64,000 nt of DNA. Source: Candidatus Versatilivorator sp. (GTDB lineage: Bacteria > Acidobacteriota > Terriglobia > Versatilivoradales > Versatilivoraceae). Location: the NCBI GenBank assembly GCA_965207735.1, contig OZ242296.1:1440001-1504000 (forward strand), read 5' to 3'. The notes below the pieces were generated by a model. It searched no databases. It was not told the DNA's origin and saw only the letters and a program-made list of their open reading frames with translations. The position numbers and the translations under genes were made by a program. This document shows, one piece after another, positions 35,505 to 45,348 of the stretch. Numbering within the stretch: position 1 is the first letter of the stretch; each line of letters begins with the position of its first letter.

Positions 35505-36815
35505 ATGAAACCGGTCCTGATCATCGGCGGCGGCCTGGCGGGTTCCGAGGCGGCTTGGCAGATTGCTCGGCGGGGCCTCCCGGTGCGGCTGTGTGAAATG
35601 AGGCCTGTCCGAAATACTCTTGCCCACAAGACGCCCCATCTCGCCGAGATCGTCTGCAGCAACTCCTTCAAGTCGGACCAGCCGGGCACAGCCCCCTGGC
35701 TGCTAAAGGAGGAGTTGAAGGCACTGGATTCCCTGCTGCTCGAGCTTGCTTATCGCCATCGAGTCCCCAGCGGAGCCTCGCTATCGGTGGACCGGGAACA
35801 ATTCGCCGCGGCAGTGACCGAAGCCTTGGCGGCTTGTCCCCGGGTTGAAATCGTACGCGAGGAGGCCGCGGACCTGCCTGCCGAAGGTCCGGCCATTGTG
35901 GCCACCGGTCCCCTGACTTCCCCGGCACTCTCCCAATCGCTACGAGAATTCATGGGGGAAGATCACCTCTACTTCTACGATGCCATCAGCCCCATCCTGG
36001 AAGCCGACAGCATCGACCCGGAAAAGACCTATCGGGGTTCCCGATACGGCAAGGGCGGAGCGGACTACCTGAATTGCCCACTCAATCGAGAGGAGTATTT
36101 GGCATTTTACGAGGCCCTGATCCATGCCGAATCGGTACCTCTCCACGAATGCGAGAAGAGCCTCTATTTCGAGGCCTGCCTCCCCATCGAGGAGATGGCC
36201 CGCCGCGGGGTCGACACCCTTCGTTTCGGCCCCATGAAACCGGTCGGCCTCATCGATCCCAGAACCGGCCGTCGACCTTATGCGGCCGTACAGTTGAGAC
36301 AGGAAACCCTGAAGGCCGACAGCTACAACATGGTCGGCTTTCAGAATCATTTGCGATTCGGAGAACAGCAACGGGTGTTCCGCATGATTCCCGGCCTGGA
36401 ACGATCCCGATTCCTCCGGCTGGGGCAGGTCCATCGAAACACCTTCATCAATGCACCCCTGCAGCTGAAGGACACCTTGCAGTCCCGCAGGCGGCCGGAC
36501 CTTTTCTTCGCCGGGCAGATTTCCGGAGTCGAGGGTTACGTGGAGTGCGTTGCCACCGGGCTGGTGGCCGGAGTCAACGCCGCCCGTCTGGCGGCCGGCC
36601 TACCGCTGCTGTCGTGGCCTCGAGCCTCGGCCATCGGTTCGTTGCTGCACTACCTGGTGAGCGCCGACCCGGGGAACTTTCAGCCCGAGAACATCAACTT
36701 CGGCATTATTCCTCCGCTCCCCGCCGGCGCCGCCAAGATCGGCAGAAAGGAAAAACGTCGGCGCCAGACCGAAATCGCCCTGAAGGAAACCTCCCGGTTG
36801 GTCGCCGGCTTGTAG
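35505..36815 (+). CDS. trmFO: Folate-dependent tRNA (U54) methyltransferase
   Basis: IIGGGLAGSEAAWQ, EIVCSNSF, YFYDAISP, FGPMKPVGL, AGQISGVEGY. Confidence 0.96.
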   Translation: MKPVLIIGGGLAGSEAAWQIARRGLPVRLCEMRPVRNTLAHKTPHLAEIVCSNSFKSDQPGTAPWLLKEELKALDSLLLELAYRHRVPSGASLSVDREQFAAAVTEALAACPRVEIVREEAADLPAEGPAIVATGPLTSPALSQSLREFMGEDHLYFYDAISPILEADSIDPEKTYRGSRYGKGGADYLNCPLNREEYLAFYEALIHAESVPLHECEKSLYFEACLPIEEMARRGVDTLRFGPMKPVGLIDPRTGRRPYAAVQLRQETLKADSYNMVGFQNHLRFGEQQRVFRMIPGLERSRFLRLGQVHRNTFINAPLQLKDTLQSRRRPDLFFAGQISGVEGYVECVATGLVAGVNAARLAAGLPLLSWPRASAIGSLLHYLVSADPGNFQPENINFGIIPPLPAGAAKIGRKEKRRRQTEIALKETSRLVAGL

Positions 36816-36824
36816 GGTAACGGA

Positions 36825-37733
36825 ATGGAAGAGGAAATTCGCCAGTTCGCCGACGACCTGATCCGACGAAACACCTCCGACCACACGGTGCGAAGCTACG
36901 TCAGCGACCTGCGACAGCTTCACCGTTACCTGACTCCTCCGGATTCCGAAGGCAAACCCGGGACCTTTTCTGTCCAGAACCTGAACACCCAGGTCATCCG
37001 CGAGTACATGGGCTACCTGCACGATAAGAAAATCGAAAAATCTTCCATTGCTCGCAAGATGTCAGCGCTTCGTTCCTTCTGCCGCTACCTCTGCAAGAGC
37101 CGGATTTTGCCGCACAATCCGGCCAAGCTCATTCGGTCACCCAAGGTAGCCCAAAAAGTCCCCAACTATCTGACCGAAAAGGATTGTGTGGCTCTGATCG
37201 AAGCCCCCGATCTCAACCAGCCCGGAGGAAGGCGGGACCGGGCCATCCTGGAGCTGCTCTATGCCTGCGGCCTTCGGGTAAGCGAACTCACCGGCATCAA
37301 TATCGGCGACATCGACTTCGGGGAGTCCTTGATTCTGGTTCGGGGAAAAGGGAAGAAAGAACGGCTGGTTCCTTTTGGGAACCCCTGCCACGCGGCCCTC
37401 AAGGCCTATCTGGAGGAACGCTGCTCGCAGCCTCTCGCCCGTTCGCCCGAAGCGGACCTGCCGGTGTTCCTCAACCTCCAGGGCTCGCGGTTGACCGCCC
37501 GCTCGGTGCGGCGACTGGTCGAAAAGCACCTGAGGTCGGCCCGCTTGAACCAGAAGATCAGCCCCCATGGACTGCGGCATTCCTTCGCCACCCACCTGCT
37601 CAATTCAGGGGCCGACCTGAGGTCCATCCAGGAACTTCTGGGACACAAGAACCTCTCCACGACTCAACGCTATACCCACATCAGCATCGGTCACTTGATG
37701 GAGCAATATGAAAAGGCTCACCCCAAGGCCTGA
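36825..37733 (+). CDS. xerC: Tyrosine recombinase XerC
   Basis: RDRAILELLY.CGLRVSEL, GKGKKER, PHGLRHSFATHLL, TTQRYTH; conserved topA-trmFO context. Confidence 0.9.
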   Translation: MEEEIRQFADDLIRRNTSDHTVRSYVSDLRQLHRYLTPPDSEGKPGTFSVQNLNTQVIREYMGYLHDKKIEKSSIARKMSALRSFCRYLCKSRILPHNPAKLIRSPKVAQKVPNYLTEKDCVALIEAPDLNQPGGRRDRAILELLYACGLRVSELTGINIGDIDFGESLILVRGKGKKERLVPFGNPCHAALKAYLEERCSQPLARSPEADLPVFLNLQGSRLTARSVRRLVEKHLRSARLNQKISPHGLRHSFATHLLNSGADLRSIQELLGHKNLSTTQRYTHISIGHLMEQYEKAHPKA

Positions 37734-38907
37734 TGCCGGAAGCCCGTCGTCTGGGCTGACCGAGCGGATCAGATCCAGGTCCCTGGCGCTGGGGTTCGAC
37801 AAGGTTGGCTTCAGCCGGGCGGAGCCCCTGGGTCCCCGGAGCGGCTTGGAGAAGTGGCTGCAGGCCGGCCACCAGGGAGAAATGCATTGGATGAGCCGGA
37901 ATGCCGCCAAGCGCCAGGATCCTTCCCTGATTCTGGCCGAAGTCCGGACCGTTCTTTCGGTAGCCGTCAATTACTACCATCCCATCGACCACTCCGAGAA
38001 CCCGCGGCACGGCAAGATCTCCCGCTATGCCTGGGGCCTGGACTACCACCGCCTGTTGAAGGCCCGACTCAAGACTCTGGCCGGATGGATTGCCGAAAAC
38101 CTGCCCGCGGCCAACGGATTGTTCTATTCGGACACGGGTCCGGTGATGGACAAGGTCTGGGCCCACAGGGCCGGCCTGGGATGGATCGGCAAGCACTCCA
38201 ACCTTGTCACTCGGGATCTGGGGTCCTGGCTTTTTCTGGGGGAGATCCTGCTGGATCTCGAACTGCCTGAAACCCGGGAGAGCGGTAATTTCTGCGGCAA
38301 CTGCCGGCGCTGTCTGGATGCCTGTCCCACCGGGGCCATCGTGGCTCCCTACGTGGTTGACTCGCGCCTGTGCATCTCCTACCTGACCATCGAGCTGAGA
38401 GGCCCCGTCCCCCTGGAGCTGCGGCCGCTCATCGGCACCAGGATCTTCGGCTGCGACGACTGCCAGGACGTCTGCCCCTGGAACCGCTTCGCTCAACCCA
38501 GTCGGGAGAAAGACTTCTACCCCGCACCCGGGAACCAGGCGCCGGTTCTGATGGAGCTGATGCAGATCAGCCGGCAGGAATTCTCCTTACGTTATCGACT
38601 CAGTCCGATCCGGCGGTGCGGCTATGCCGGATTTCTGCGCAACGTGGCCATCGCGCTGGGAAACAGCGGCCTCCCGGAGGCCGTCTCCCCGTTGAAGACC
38701 GCTCTTCACCACCCCGAGACCCTGGTGAGGCGCCACGGGGCCTGGGCCCTGGGCCGCATCGGCGGCCGGGAGGCTCGATCGGAACTGCTGCAGGCGACCC
38801 GGACGGAATCCGATCCATGCGTCAGGAGTGAAATCCGGCTGGCTCTGGACAGCCTTCAGTTCAGGCATTCCCGCCAAACCGCCGAGCCTCGGACTTCCGT
38901 TGTATAA
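37708..38907 (+). CDS. queG: Epoxyqueuosine reductase
   Basis: ISRYAWG.DYH, GLGWIGK, CGNCRRCLDACPT, CISYLTIE, FGCDDCQDVCPWN; start approximate. Confidence 0.93.
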   Translation: MKRLTPRPDAGSPSSGLTERIRSRSLALGFDKVGFSRAEPLGPRSGLEKWLQAGHQGEMHWMSRNAAKRQDPSLILAEVRTVLSVAVNYYHPIDHSENPRHGKISRYAWGLDYHRLLKARLKTLAGWIAENLPAANGLFYSDTGPVMDKVWAHRAGLGWIGKHSNLVTRDLGSWLFLGEILLDLELPETRESGNFCGNCRRCLDACPTGAIVAPYVVDSRLCISYLTIELRGPVPLELRPLIGTRIFGCDDCQDVCPWNRFAQPSREKDFYPAPGNQAPVLMELMQISRQEFSLRYRLSPIRRCGYAGFLRNVAIALGNSGLPEAVSPLKTALHHPETLVRRHGAWALGRIGGREARSELLQATRTESDPCVRSEIRLALDSLQFRHSRQTAEPRTSVV

Positions 38908-38977
38908 CCCGCCCCCGGATTGAATTTTCCCCTCTCGCAACCCATAATGCCCTGACCCGTCATCCTGGAGGCCAATC

Positions 38978-40141
38978 ATGTCTTCTTCCCAAAAATCCCT
39001 CCGCATCCTGGTAGCCCCCAACGCCTTCAAGGAGAGCCTGTCGGCCATGGAAGCCGCGGCAGCCATTTCAAGGGGAATCCTCAAGGTGTTGCCCGCCTCC
39101 AAAATTACTCAACTGCCCATCGCCGACGGCGGCGACGGAACACTGGAAGCGGTGGTCGAGGGCACCGATGGAAAGATTTTTCGGGCCCGGGTTCTCGATC
39201 CGTTGGGAAGGAAGATCTTTGCCGAGTACGGTTTGACGGGCGACGGAAAGACCGCCGTCATCGAAATGTCGAGAGCATCCGGCCTGGCCCTGGTTCCGAC
39301 CTCACAACGCAATCCCATGCTATGCACCAGCTACGGCACCGGACAGTTGATCAAAGCCGCGCTCAAACGCGGGGTGAAGGACATCATCCTGGGCATCGGA
39401 GGGAGCGCCACCGTCGACGGCGGCATTGGCGCCTTGCAGGCGTTGGGAATCGAATTCCTCGATCGTCGAGGCAAGCCGGTCGGTTGGGGCGGCAACGGCC
39501 TGAAGTCGATCTCTCGGATCGACGCCGGGGCGGTCAACCCCTTGCTCGAGCAGGCACGGATCCTGGTGGCCTGCGACGTGGACAATCCCCTGGTCGGCCC
39601 CAGGGGATCGGCGGCCGTCTTCGGCCCCCAAAAGGGCGCCACCCCGGGGATGGTCCGAAAACTGGATCAATACCTTTGCAAGCTGGGCCGGCTCATTCAA
39701 CAGACGACAGGCCGGGATGTCTCACAGGTTGCCGGCAGCGGCGCCGCGGGAGGAATTGCCGGAGGGTTCATGGGACTGCTGGGGGCCGAGCTGAGTCCCG
39801 GAAGCGACTTGGTGTTTGAACTGCTCAAAGTCGAAGAACAGGTGAGGAAGGCGGACCTTATCTTTACGGGGGAGGGTCAAATCGACTTTCAGACGCCCTT
39901 TGGCAAGGGCCCGGGAATGTTGGCCAAGACTGCCAAGGAAAACGGGGTGCCCGTGATCGGCATTGCCGGAAGTGTGGCCGGCGACGTGGGCGGCTTGTAT
40001 GACCAGGGATTCACCGCGCTCTTCAGCATCCTCGCCTCGCCTCTGACGGTCGAGGCAGCCATCAGACAGGCAGACCAGCTATTGGAAGCCCAGTCGGAAC
40101 AGGTGGCCCGGCTCCTCCGTTTCGGCCTGGATTCAGCTTGA
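38978..40141 (+). CDS. Glycerate kinase (GlxK/GarK family)
   Basis: APNAFKESL, ADGGDGT, GIGGSATVDGG, FGPQKGA, TGEG.ID.QT..GK. Confidence 0.93.
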   Translation: MSSSQKSLRILVAPNAFKESLSAMEAAAAISRGILKVLPASKITQLPIADGGDGTLEAVVEGTDGKIFRARVLDPLGRKIFAEYGLTGDGKTAVIEMSRASGLALVPTSQRNPMLCTSYGTGQLIKAALKRGVKDIILGIGGSATVDGGIGALQALGIEFLDRRGKPVGWGGNGLKSISRIDAGAVNPLLEQARILVACDVDNPLVGPRGSAAVFGPQKGATPGMVRKLDQYLCKLGRLIQQTTGRDVSQVAGSGAAGGIAGGFMGLLGAELSPGSDLVFELLKVEEQVRKADLIFTGEGQIDFQTPFGKGPGMLAKTAKENGVPVIGIAGSVAGDVGGLYDQGFTALFSILASPLTVEAAIRQADQLLEAQSEQVARLLRFGLDSA

Positions 40142-40152
40142 GCCACCGCGAT

Positions 40153-40329
40153 TCAGCGTGGAAAGGGCGCCATCAGCCAACCCAGGCCCAGGGACACCAC
40201 CAGAAAAATCACGAACACGAAAACGCCGTAGCGCACCCGCTCGCGGGGAGTCTCCTTGCTGCTGAGGGCAAAGACGATCGAAACGCAGAAGGCGAAAATC
40301 GCCAAAGCCGCAAAGTGTGAAATCACCAT
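40153..40329 (-). CDS. Small two-TM membrane protein, 58 aa (not in the ORF track)
   Basis: MVISHFAALAIFAFCVSIVFALSSKETPRERVRYGVFVFVIFLVVSLGLGWLMAPFPR*; starts 1 nt after the upstream stop. Confidence 0.7.
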   Translation of the reverse strand: MVISHFAALAIFAFCVSIVFALSSKETPRERVRYGVFVFVIFLVVSLGLGWLMAPFPR

Positions 40330-40330
40330 G

Positions 40331-40708
40331 TCAGCTTTTCCGGCCCACGGCGATGTCGTAGGCGTTGAGAGCGGCCAGCAGGTTGAGCAGCCCGGCCACG
40401 GCCAGATAGGTCGTCCCGTAGTCGAATGACTGGTTCTCCAGGTTGCCCGCGCCGTACCCTAAAAACTTGGCCAGAAAGTAAAGAAGTCCGATTCCGAGGT
40501 CGGCAAAGAGAAATACGAATTCGATAAACTGCTCGGCAGCCAGAGTATGCAGCTTGCCCCCCAGGCTCAGCCCCAAGCCGAACAACAGGAGGATGGGAAA
40601 GGCGAACAGTAGGGAGCGCACCCACTTCCCCAGAATCAAATGGCCCAGTCCCGGAATGACGAGCCCCCCGAGACCGATCAGCATTGCATTCAAGAAACTG
40701 GAATTCAT
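40331..40708 (-). CDS. Conserved membrane protein (DUF6677-like)
   Basis: IPGLGHLILG, DYGTTYLAVAGLLNLLA..NAYDIA; several hydrophobic helices. Confidence 0.7.
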   Translation of the reverse strand: MNSSFLNAMLIGLGGLVIPGLGHLILGKWVRSLLFAFPILLLFGLGLSLGGKLHTLAAEQFIEFVFLFADLGIGLLYFLAKFLGYGAGNLENQSFDYGTTYLAVAGLLNLLAALNAYDIAVGRKS

Positions 40709-40722
40709 GGGTCACCAGTGCT

Positions 40723-41421
40723 TCAAGCCGGTGGGCGCCGCCCGAAGATGGCCGTGCCTACCCGGACCATGGTGGATCCTTCCTCAATCGCCACGGAATA
40801 ATCGTGGCTCATCCCCATGGACAGGACCCTCATGTGGACCTTGGGCAGACGGAGGCTTGCCAGCCGATCGAAACACCGCCTCAACCGTCGAAAATAGGGC
40901 CGCACGGCTTCGCCATCCTCCCAAAAGGGCGGAATGGCCATCAGTCCCTGAACCGAGATGGAGTCCAGGTCGACCAGTTGTTCGGCCAGTTCTTCCAACT
41001 CCTCTTCCGACACCCCGGCCTTTTGCGGCTCTCTTCCGACATTGACCTCGATCAGTACCGAAACCGTCTTCCCCAGTCGAGCCGCCGACCGGTCGATCCG
41101 CCGGGCCAGATCGAGGCTGTCGACAGTCTGGATCCAATCGAAGGTGGCCAGGGCGCGGTTCACCTTGTTGCTCTGGAGGGGGCCGATCAAATGATACTCG
41201 AAATCCAGCCCCGCCAGACGTGCCTTCTTCGACTGGGCCTCCTGAACCCGATTCTCCCCCAGGCAGTCCACGCCGGCGGCCAGCGCCTGGCGGATCCGGC
41301 CGGCATCCACCAGCTTGGACACCGCCATCAGCCGCACCGCCTCCGGACGGCGGCCCGACTTCAGAGCCGCATTGGCAACCGTGTCCATCACCCGCTGGAC
41401 CCTTCCAGCGATGACATCCAT
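40723..41421 (-). CDS. yggS: PLP homeostasis protein YggS
   Basis: LMAVSK, GENRVQE, HLIGPLQSNK, GLMAIPP, LSMGMSHDY, STMVRVGTAIFG. Confidence 0.95.
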   Translation of the reverse strand: MDVIAGRVQRVMDTVANAALKSGRRPEAVRLMAVSKLVDAGRIRQALAAGVDCLGENRVQEAQSKKARLAGLDFEYHLIGPLQSNKVNRALATFDWIQTVDSLDLARRIDRSAARLGKTVSVLIEVNVGREPQKAGVSEEELEELAEQLVDLDSISVQGLMAIPPFWEDGEAVRPYFRRLRRCFDRLASLRLPKVHMRVLSMGMSHDYSVAIEEGSTMVRVGTAIFGRRPPA

Positions 41422-41612
41422 CCGTTTAAAGCTCCCGCCAAACCCGATCGCCGCCCCAAAAAGGGGCCATCTTACCTCAAGTTCCGGCCGATTTCCAAAC
41501 ACCGCCGCGGGCGGAGAGGCAGGGGCTGAGGTGCCTTGTTGGAACCGCCGCCTTTGTGCTATTTTGCCAAGGATCCCGGCCCCGGGGGCCGGGCTTGAAC
41601 CCTGGTTCCTCC

Positions 41613-42269
41613 ATGCCTCCATTCATTTCCTTCGAGGGATTGGACGGCTGCGGCAAGACCACCCAGGTGCGGCTGCTGGCCGATACCCTGAACCACCGCG
41701 GCGTCCAGGTGGCCCTACTGCGAGAACCCGGCGGAACCCCGGTGGGAGAGGCTATTCGAACGCTGTTGCTCAGTTCCCGAAACCAGGGGCTGCTGCCCTT
41801 GAGCGAGCTGCTGCTCTACTACGCGGCCCGCAACCAGAACCTTTGCCAGCAGATCATCCCGGCTCAGGCTGAGGGCAAATGGGTCCTGTGCGACCGTTTT
41901 GCGGATGCCAGCGCTGCCTACCAGGGATATGGACGCGGGCTGGATCTTTCGCTGGTCGATAGGCTCGACCGTATGGTGACCCGTGGCAGGAAGCCGGACC
42001 TGACGCTGTTGATCGACATCGAGCCCTCTCTCTCCCTGGCCCGGGCCAGGGAGAGGAACCGTCGAACGGGGCTGGACGAAGGGCGATTCGAGGCGGAATC
42101 TCTGGCCTTCTTTCATCGCATCCGGGAAGGATACCTGCAGATTGCAGCCCGGGAGCCCCGCCGGATCCGGATCCTGAACGGAAACCAGACCATCGAGCAG
42201 TTGCAGAAAGAAGTCCTGGGGCTGATTTCGCCCTTTCTTCCAGGGGACAGACCTAATGGGGTGGATTGA
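41613..42269 (+). CDS. tmk: Thymidylate kinase
   Basis: FISFEGLDGCGKTTQ, REPGGT, LCDRF, AYQGYGRG, RFE. Confidence 0.96.
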   Translation: MPPFISFEGLDGCGKTTQVRLLADTLNHRGVQVALLREPGGTPVGEAIRTLLLSSRNQGLLPLSELLLYYAARNQNLCQQIIPAQAEGKWVLCDRFADASAAYQGYGRGLDLSLVDRLDRMVTRGRKPDLTLLIDIEPSLSLARARERNRRTGLDEGRFEAESLAFFHRIREGYLQIAAREPRRIRILNGNQTIEQLQKEVLGLISPFLPGDRPNGVD

Positions 42270-43260
42270 TTTTCTGGGGAATGCCCGCGTGCGGGACCTG
42301 ATGAGGCAGAGTCTTTCCGACGGCCGCCTGCCCTCATCGCTGCTGTTTGCAGGCATCGCGGGAGTCGGCAAGGCCACCCTGGCCCACTTCCTGTCCAAGG
42401 CCGCCAACTGCCAGAAACTTCAGAATGATTTCTGCGACGAATGCGGGAGCTGCCGCAAGATCGAGCAGAGGGTTCACCCCGACGTTCGAAGCTATGCGCC
42501 CGAGGGCGCCTTCATCAAGATCGATCAGATGAGGAATCTGATCCGCGAGGTTTTTTTCAAACCCTTTGAAGGCCGCCGCCGCGTCTTTGTGATCGATCAA
42601 GCCCACCGACTGCGCCTGGAGGCCGCCAACGCCCTTCTGAAGACTCTGGAGGAACCGCCGGAGACCTCTCTGCTCATCCTGGTCACCGATTCTCCCAACG
42701 ATCTTCCCGGCACTCTCCGGTCCCGCTGCCAGCGCGTCCAGTTCTATCCCTTCTCTCCGGCGGAGCTGGAGAGCATCCTCCAGCAACGGTCGATCTACCC
42801 GACCCGGGACCTGCCTCTGGTGGGACGAATCTCCAGGGGAAGCCTCGGAAGGGCCTTGAATCTGGATCTGCAGCAGTACCGCGAGGCTCGACGCGAAATG
42901 TTGGAGGCGATTCGAGCCTGCACCAGCGCCTTGTCCTATCGTCAGGCTCTGCAAATCACCGAGCCTCTTGCCTCCGCCAGGCAGAAAGGACAATTCGAGT
43001 TCAAGACGGGCGTCCTTTACGACCTGCTGCGCGACCTGCTGCTGATTCAGCAGGGCGTGCCTCCCGAAAATCTCACCAACCTCGACCTGCATGCGGAGCT
43101 GGCCGAAATCGGCTCTGCCCTGACTTTCGAACGGATCGTCGATGCCGTCGGCTCGCTCGACCACTTGATGAAGGGACTGGGGCGCAATCTCAACAAGTCG
43201 CTGGCTCTGGACCGATTCCTGTTCAGATTGAGTGGCGTGAGCGCCGCGGCCCGAACCTGA
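42256..43260 (+). CDS. holB: DNA polymerase III delta' subunit
   Basis: LLFAGIAGVGK, CDECGSC, HPD, AANALLKTLEEPP, LRSRCQ. Confidence 0.93.
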   Translation: MGWIDFLGNARVRDLMRQSLSDGRLPSSLLFAGIAGVGKATLAHFLSKAANCQKLQNDFCDECGSCRKIEQRVHPDVRSYAPEGAFIKIDQMRNLIREVFFKPFEGRRRVFVIDQAHRLRLEAANALLKTLEEPPETSLLILVTDSPNDLPGTLRSRCQRVQFYPFSPAELESILQQRSIYPTRDLPLVGRISRGSLGRALNLDLQQYREARREMLEAIRACTSALSYRQALQITEPLASARQKGQFEFKTGVLYDLLRDLLLIQQGVPPENLTNLDLHAELAEIGSALTFERIVDAVGSLDHLMKGLGRNLNKSLALDRFLFRLSGVSAAART

Positions 43261-43288
43261 ACACGGGGCTTCTCGGGCTTCTTGGGAC

Positions 43289-43317
43289 TTGTCGCGAAGT
43301 GGTGCCCGTGGTAAACT
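43289..43317 (+). promoter_or_regulatory. Sigma70-type promoter (extended -10) about 240 nt upstream of the Hfq-like gene
   Basis: TTGTCG, 17-bp spacer, TAAACT preceded by TGn. Confidence 0.5.
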
Positions 43318-43558
43318 GTGCTCAATTTTGACGCTTACAGGCCACCTTGTAAGACCCTGCGGGTCAGTGTTGTGACACCGTCGTTGTCCAGCCATTGAGT
43401 CTGTTGTCGTCCGTCCTGAAGTGATCGCAGGTTTCCAAGTCCCCATCGGAACGCGGAAGACTTGAGTTCTCTTGACTAAAGTAGAGACCAGACGGCCGGT
43501 CAATCGGGTTGCCGCGACCCCGCGCACGAACCAGATAAATCCGGGAGGAGGATTTTCG

Positions 43559-43867
43559 ATGAATCGTCGGCTCATCCGTCCGTCGCTGTCGGACATCAAA
43601 GACAAGGTGACCGTGCGATCGCAGAAGAAGCGACCGACTCCTCCCGAACAGACCAACGCCGAAAGCTTCTACTACCTGAAACAGATGCAGAACCGGACGC
43701 CCATGGTGCTGGTCTTCCACGACGGAGAACGGATGCAAGGGGTCATCGAGTGGTACGACCGCAATTGCATCAAGTTCAACCGCGACCCGCAACCCAATCT
43801 GCTGGTCTTCAAACACGGAATCCGCTACATGTACAAGGAGGACGAGGACAAGTCCAGCGACGACTGA
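43559..43867 (+). CDS. Hfq/Sm-like RNA chaperone homolog
   Basis: Sm-fold pattern TPMVLVFHDGERMQGVIEWYD...LLVFKHGIRY; strong GGAGGAGG ribosome site. Confidence 0.75.
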   Translation: MNRRLIRPSLSDIKDKVTVRSQKKRPTPPEQTNAESFYYLKQMQNRTPMVLVFHDGERMQGVIEWYDRNCIKFNRDPQPNLLVFKHGIRYMYKEDEDKSSDD

Positions 43868-43935
43868 GATCGGCACTGTCGGCTCACGGCCGCTTCGATC
43901 CAACCCACTCCCGGATTACGAAAGGAAGTTTCCCC

Positions 43936-44454
43936 ATGAAAAAATTTGCCTTGTCGGTTGCGTTGCTCTCTACCCTGGCGGGGCTCGTTCTGGCTCACCC
44001 CCATATCCGCAAGACGGTCGGCGCCAATGCCGAGGGCGTTCAGCTCAAGTTGAGCTACTTCACCCTCCCCTACAACGCGGAGCATATGGCCGATGTCAAG
44101 GAGGGATTTGTCTTTCATTGCGGACGCGCGACCCTGGAGATCAACGGAGAAATCGAAGTCTCGGGAGTGAAGGTGTCGACCGGGCAGTACGACCTCCGGG
44201 CCAAAGCCGTCACCGCCGACGAATGGACCCTGATGCTCGTTCCCAAGGCTCCGGAGGGCTCCGCAGGCCAGCAGGGCTCGAGCCGGGGAATCCCCCTCGA
44301 GAGCCGATCGGCCAAGGGAGGACACCAGGCCCACCACCTGAATCTGGACTTGACCAGCGGGCACGGCCCCACCCACGGAAAACTGATTCTCTCGGTGGCC
44401 TTCGGACCCAGAACGGTCGAGGGGATCCTCTCTCTTCCAGCTCCCGAAGCCTGA
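43936..44454 (+). CDS. Secreted protein, DUF2911-like
   Basis: Signal peptide MKKFALSVALLSTLAGLVLA; ATLE...VSGVKV..GQYDL.....DEWTL. Confidence 0.55.
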   Translation: MKKFALSVALLSTLAGLVLAHPHIRKTVGANAEGVQLKLSYFTLPYNAEHMADVKEGFVFHCGRATLEINGEIEVSGVKVSTGQYDLRAKAVTADEWTLMLVPKAPEGSAGQQGSSRGIPLESRSAKGGHQAHHLNLDLTSGHGPTHGKLILSVAFGPRTVEGILSLPAPEA

Positions 44455-44463
44455 GGAATCGTC

Positions 44464-45333
44464 GTGGGCTCGACCACTCTCAAGCAGCGCCTGGCGCTTC
44501 CCCAACCCCTGCTGGTCCCCGCCTGCTACGACATGGTCTCCGCCAAAGTGGTGGAGCGCTGCGGCTTTGAAGCCGTCTACCTCTCTGGATACGGGCACTC
44601 CGCCTCTCACCTGGGCCTCCCCGACGCGGGCCTGATCTCCTTTTCCGAGATGCTGGAGCGGTTGCACCATCTGGTCCGCAGCGTCGACATCCCCGTCTTG
44701 GCGGATGCCGATACCGGATTCGGCGGAGTGGTGAATGTGCGCCGGACAGTAGAGGAATACGAGGCGGCCGGAGCCCAGGCCATCCAACTGGAGGATCAAA
44801 TGATCCCCAAGAAGTGCGGGCACACGGCGGGAAAGCAGTTGGTTGAAGCTGCGGAGATGGCGAGCAAGCTGGAGGCGGCTGTCGCCGCCAGGCGCAGCGA
44901 CCGATTTCTGATCATCGCCCGCACCGATGCCATTGCCGTCACCGGATTCGATGATGCCATTCGCCGAGGACAGCTTTTCCAGCAGGCGGGAGCCGACATC
45001 ATCTTTATCGAAGCCCCCACCACCGTCGACCAGATCGAGCGGATCGGCGCTGCCTTTGACAAGCCACTCATGATCAACCTGGTCGAAAGGGGAAAAACTC
45101 CCCTGCTCCCCCTCGAGCAGCTCCAGACCCTGGGGTACAAGGTCCTCGCCTACGCCTTGACTACCCTGATGGCCTCGGTCCGGGCCATGGAACGCACCCT
45201 GTCGAAGCTGAAAGACCAGGTCTCACCCGAAGAATACCTGGACGATCTGGCCTCATTCGAGGAACTGGATCAACTGCTGGGTTTTCCGGAGTGGCGCCAA
45301 TGGGAAACCCGGTTCCGCCGGCAGAACGGATGA
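44464..45333 (+). CDS. Isocitrate lyase/PEP mutase family enzyme (methylisocitrate or dimethylmalate lyase-like)
   Basis: GLPDAG, DADTGFG, QLEDQ..PKKCGH, IIARTDA, ADIIFIEAP. Confidence 0.9.
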   Translation: MGSTTLKQRLALPQPLLVPACYDMVSAKVVERCGFEAVYLSGYGHSASHLGLPDAGLISFSEMLERLHHLVRSVDIPVLADADTGFGGVVNVRRTVEEYEAAGAQAIQLEDQMIPKKCGHTAGKQLVEAAEMASKLEAAVAARRSDRFLIIARTDAIAVTGFDDAIRRGQLFQQAGADIIFIEAPTTVDQIERIGAAFDKPLMINLVERGKTPLLPLEQLQTLGYKVLAYALTTLMASVRAMERTLSKLKDQVSPEEYLDDLASFEELDQLLGFPEWRQWETRFRRQNG

Positions 45334-45348
45334 GCGGCCCCGCGGCTG

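Noticed and set aside
36825-37733. Tyrosine recombinase considered as a phage or island integrase
   Set aside because: Length, motifs and the dprA-topA-trmFO context indicate housekeeping XerC
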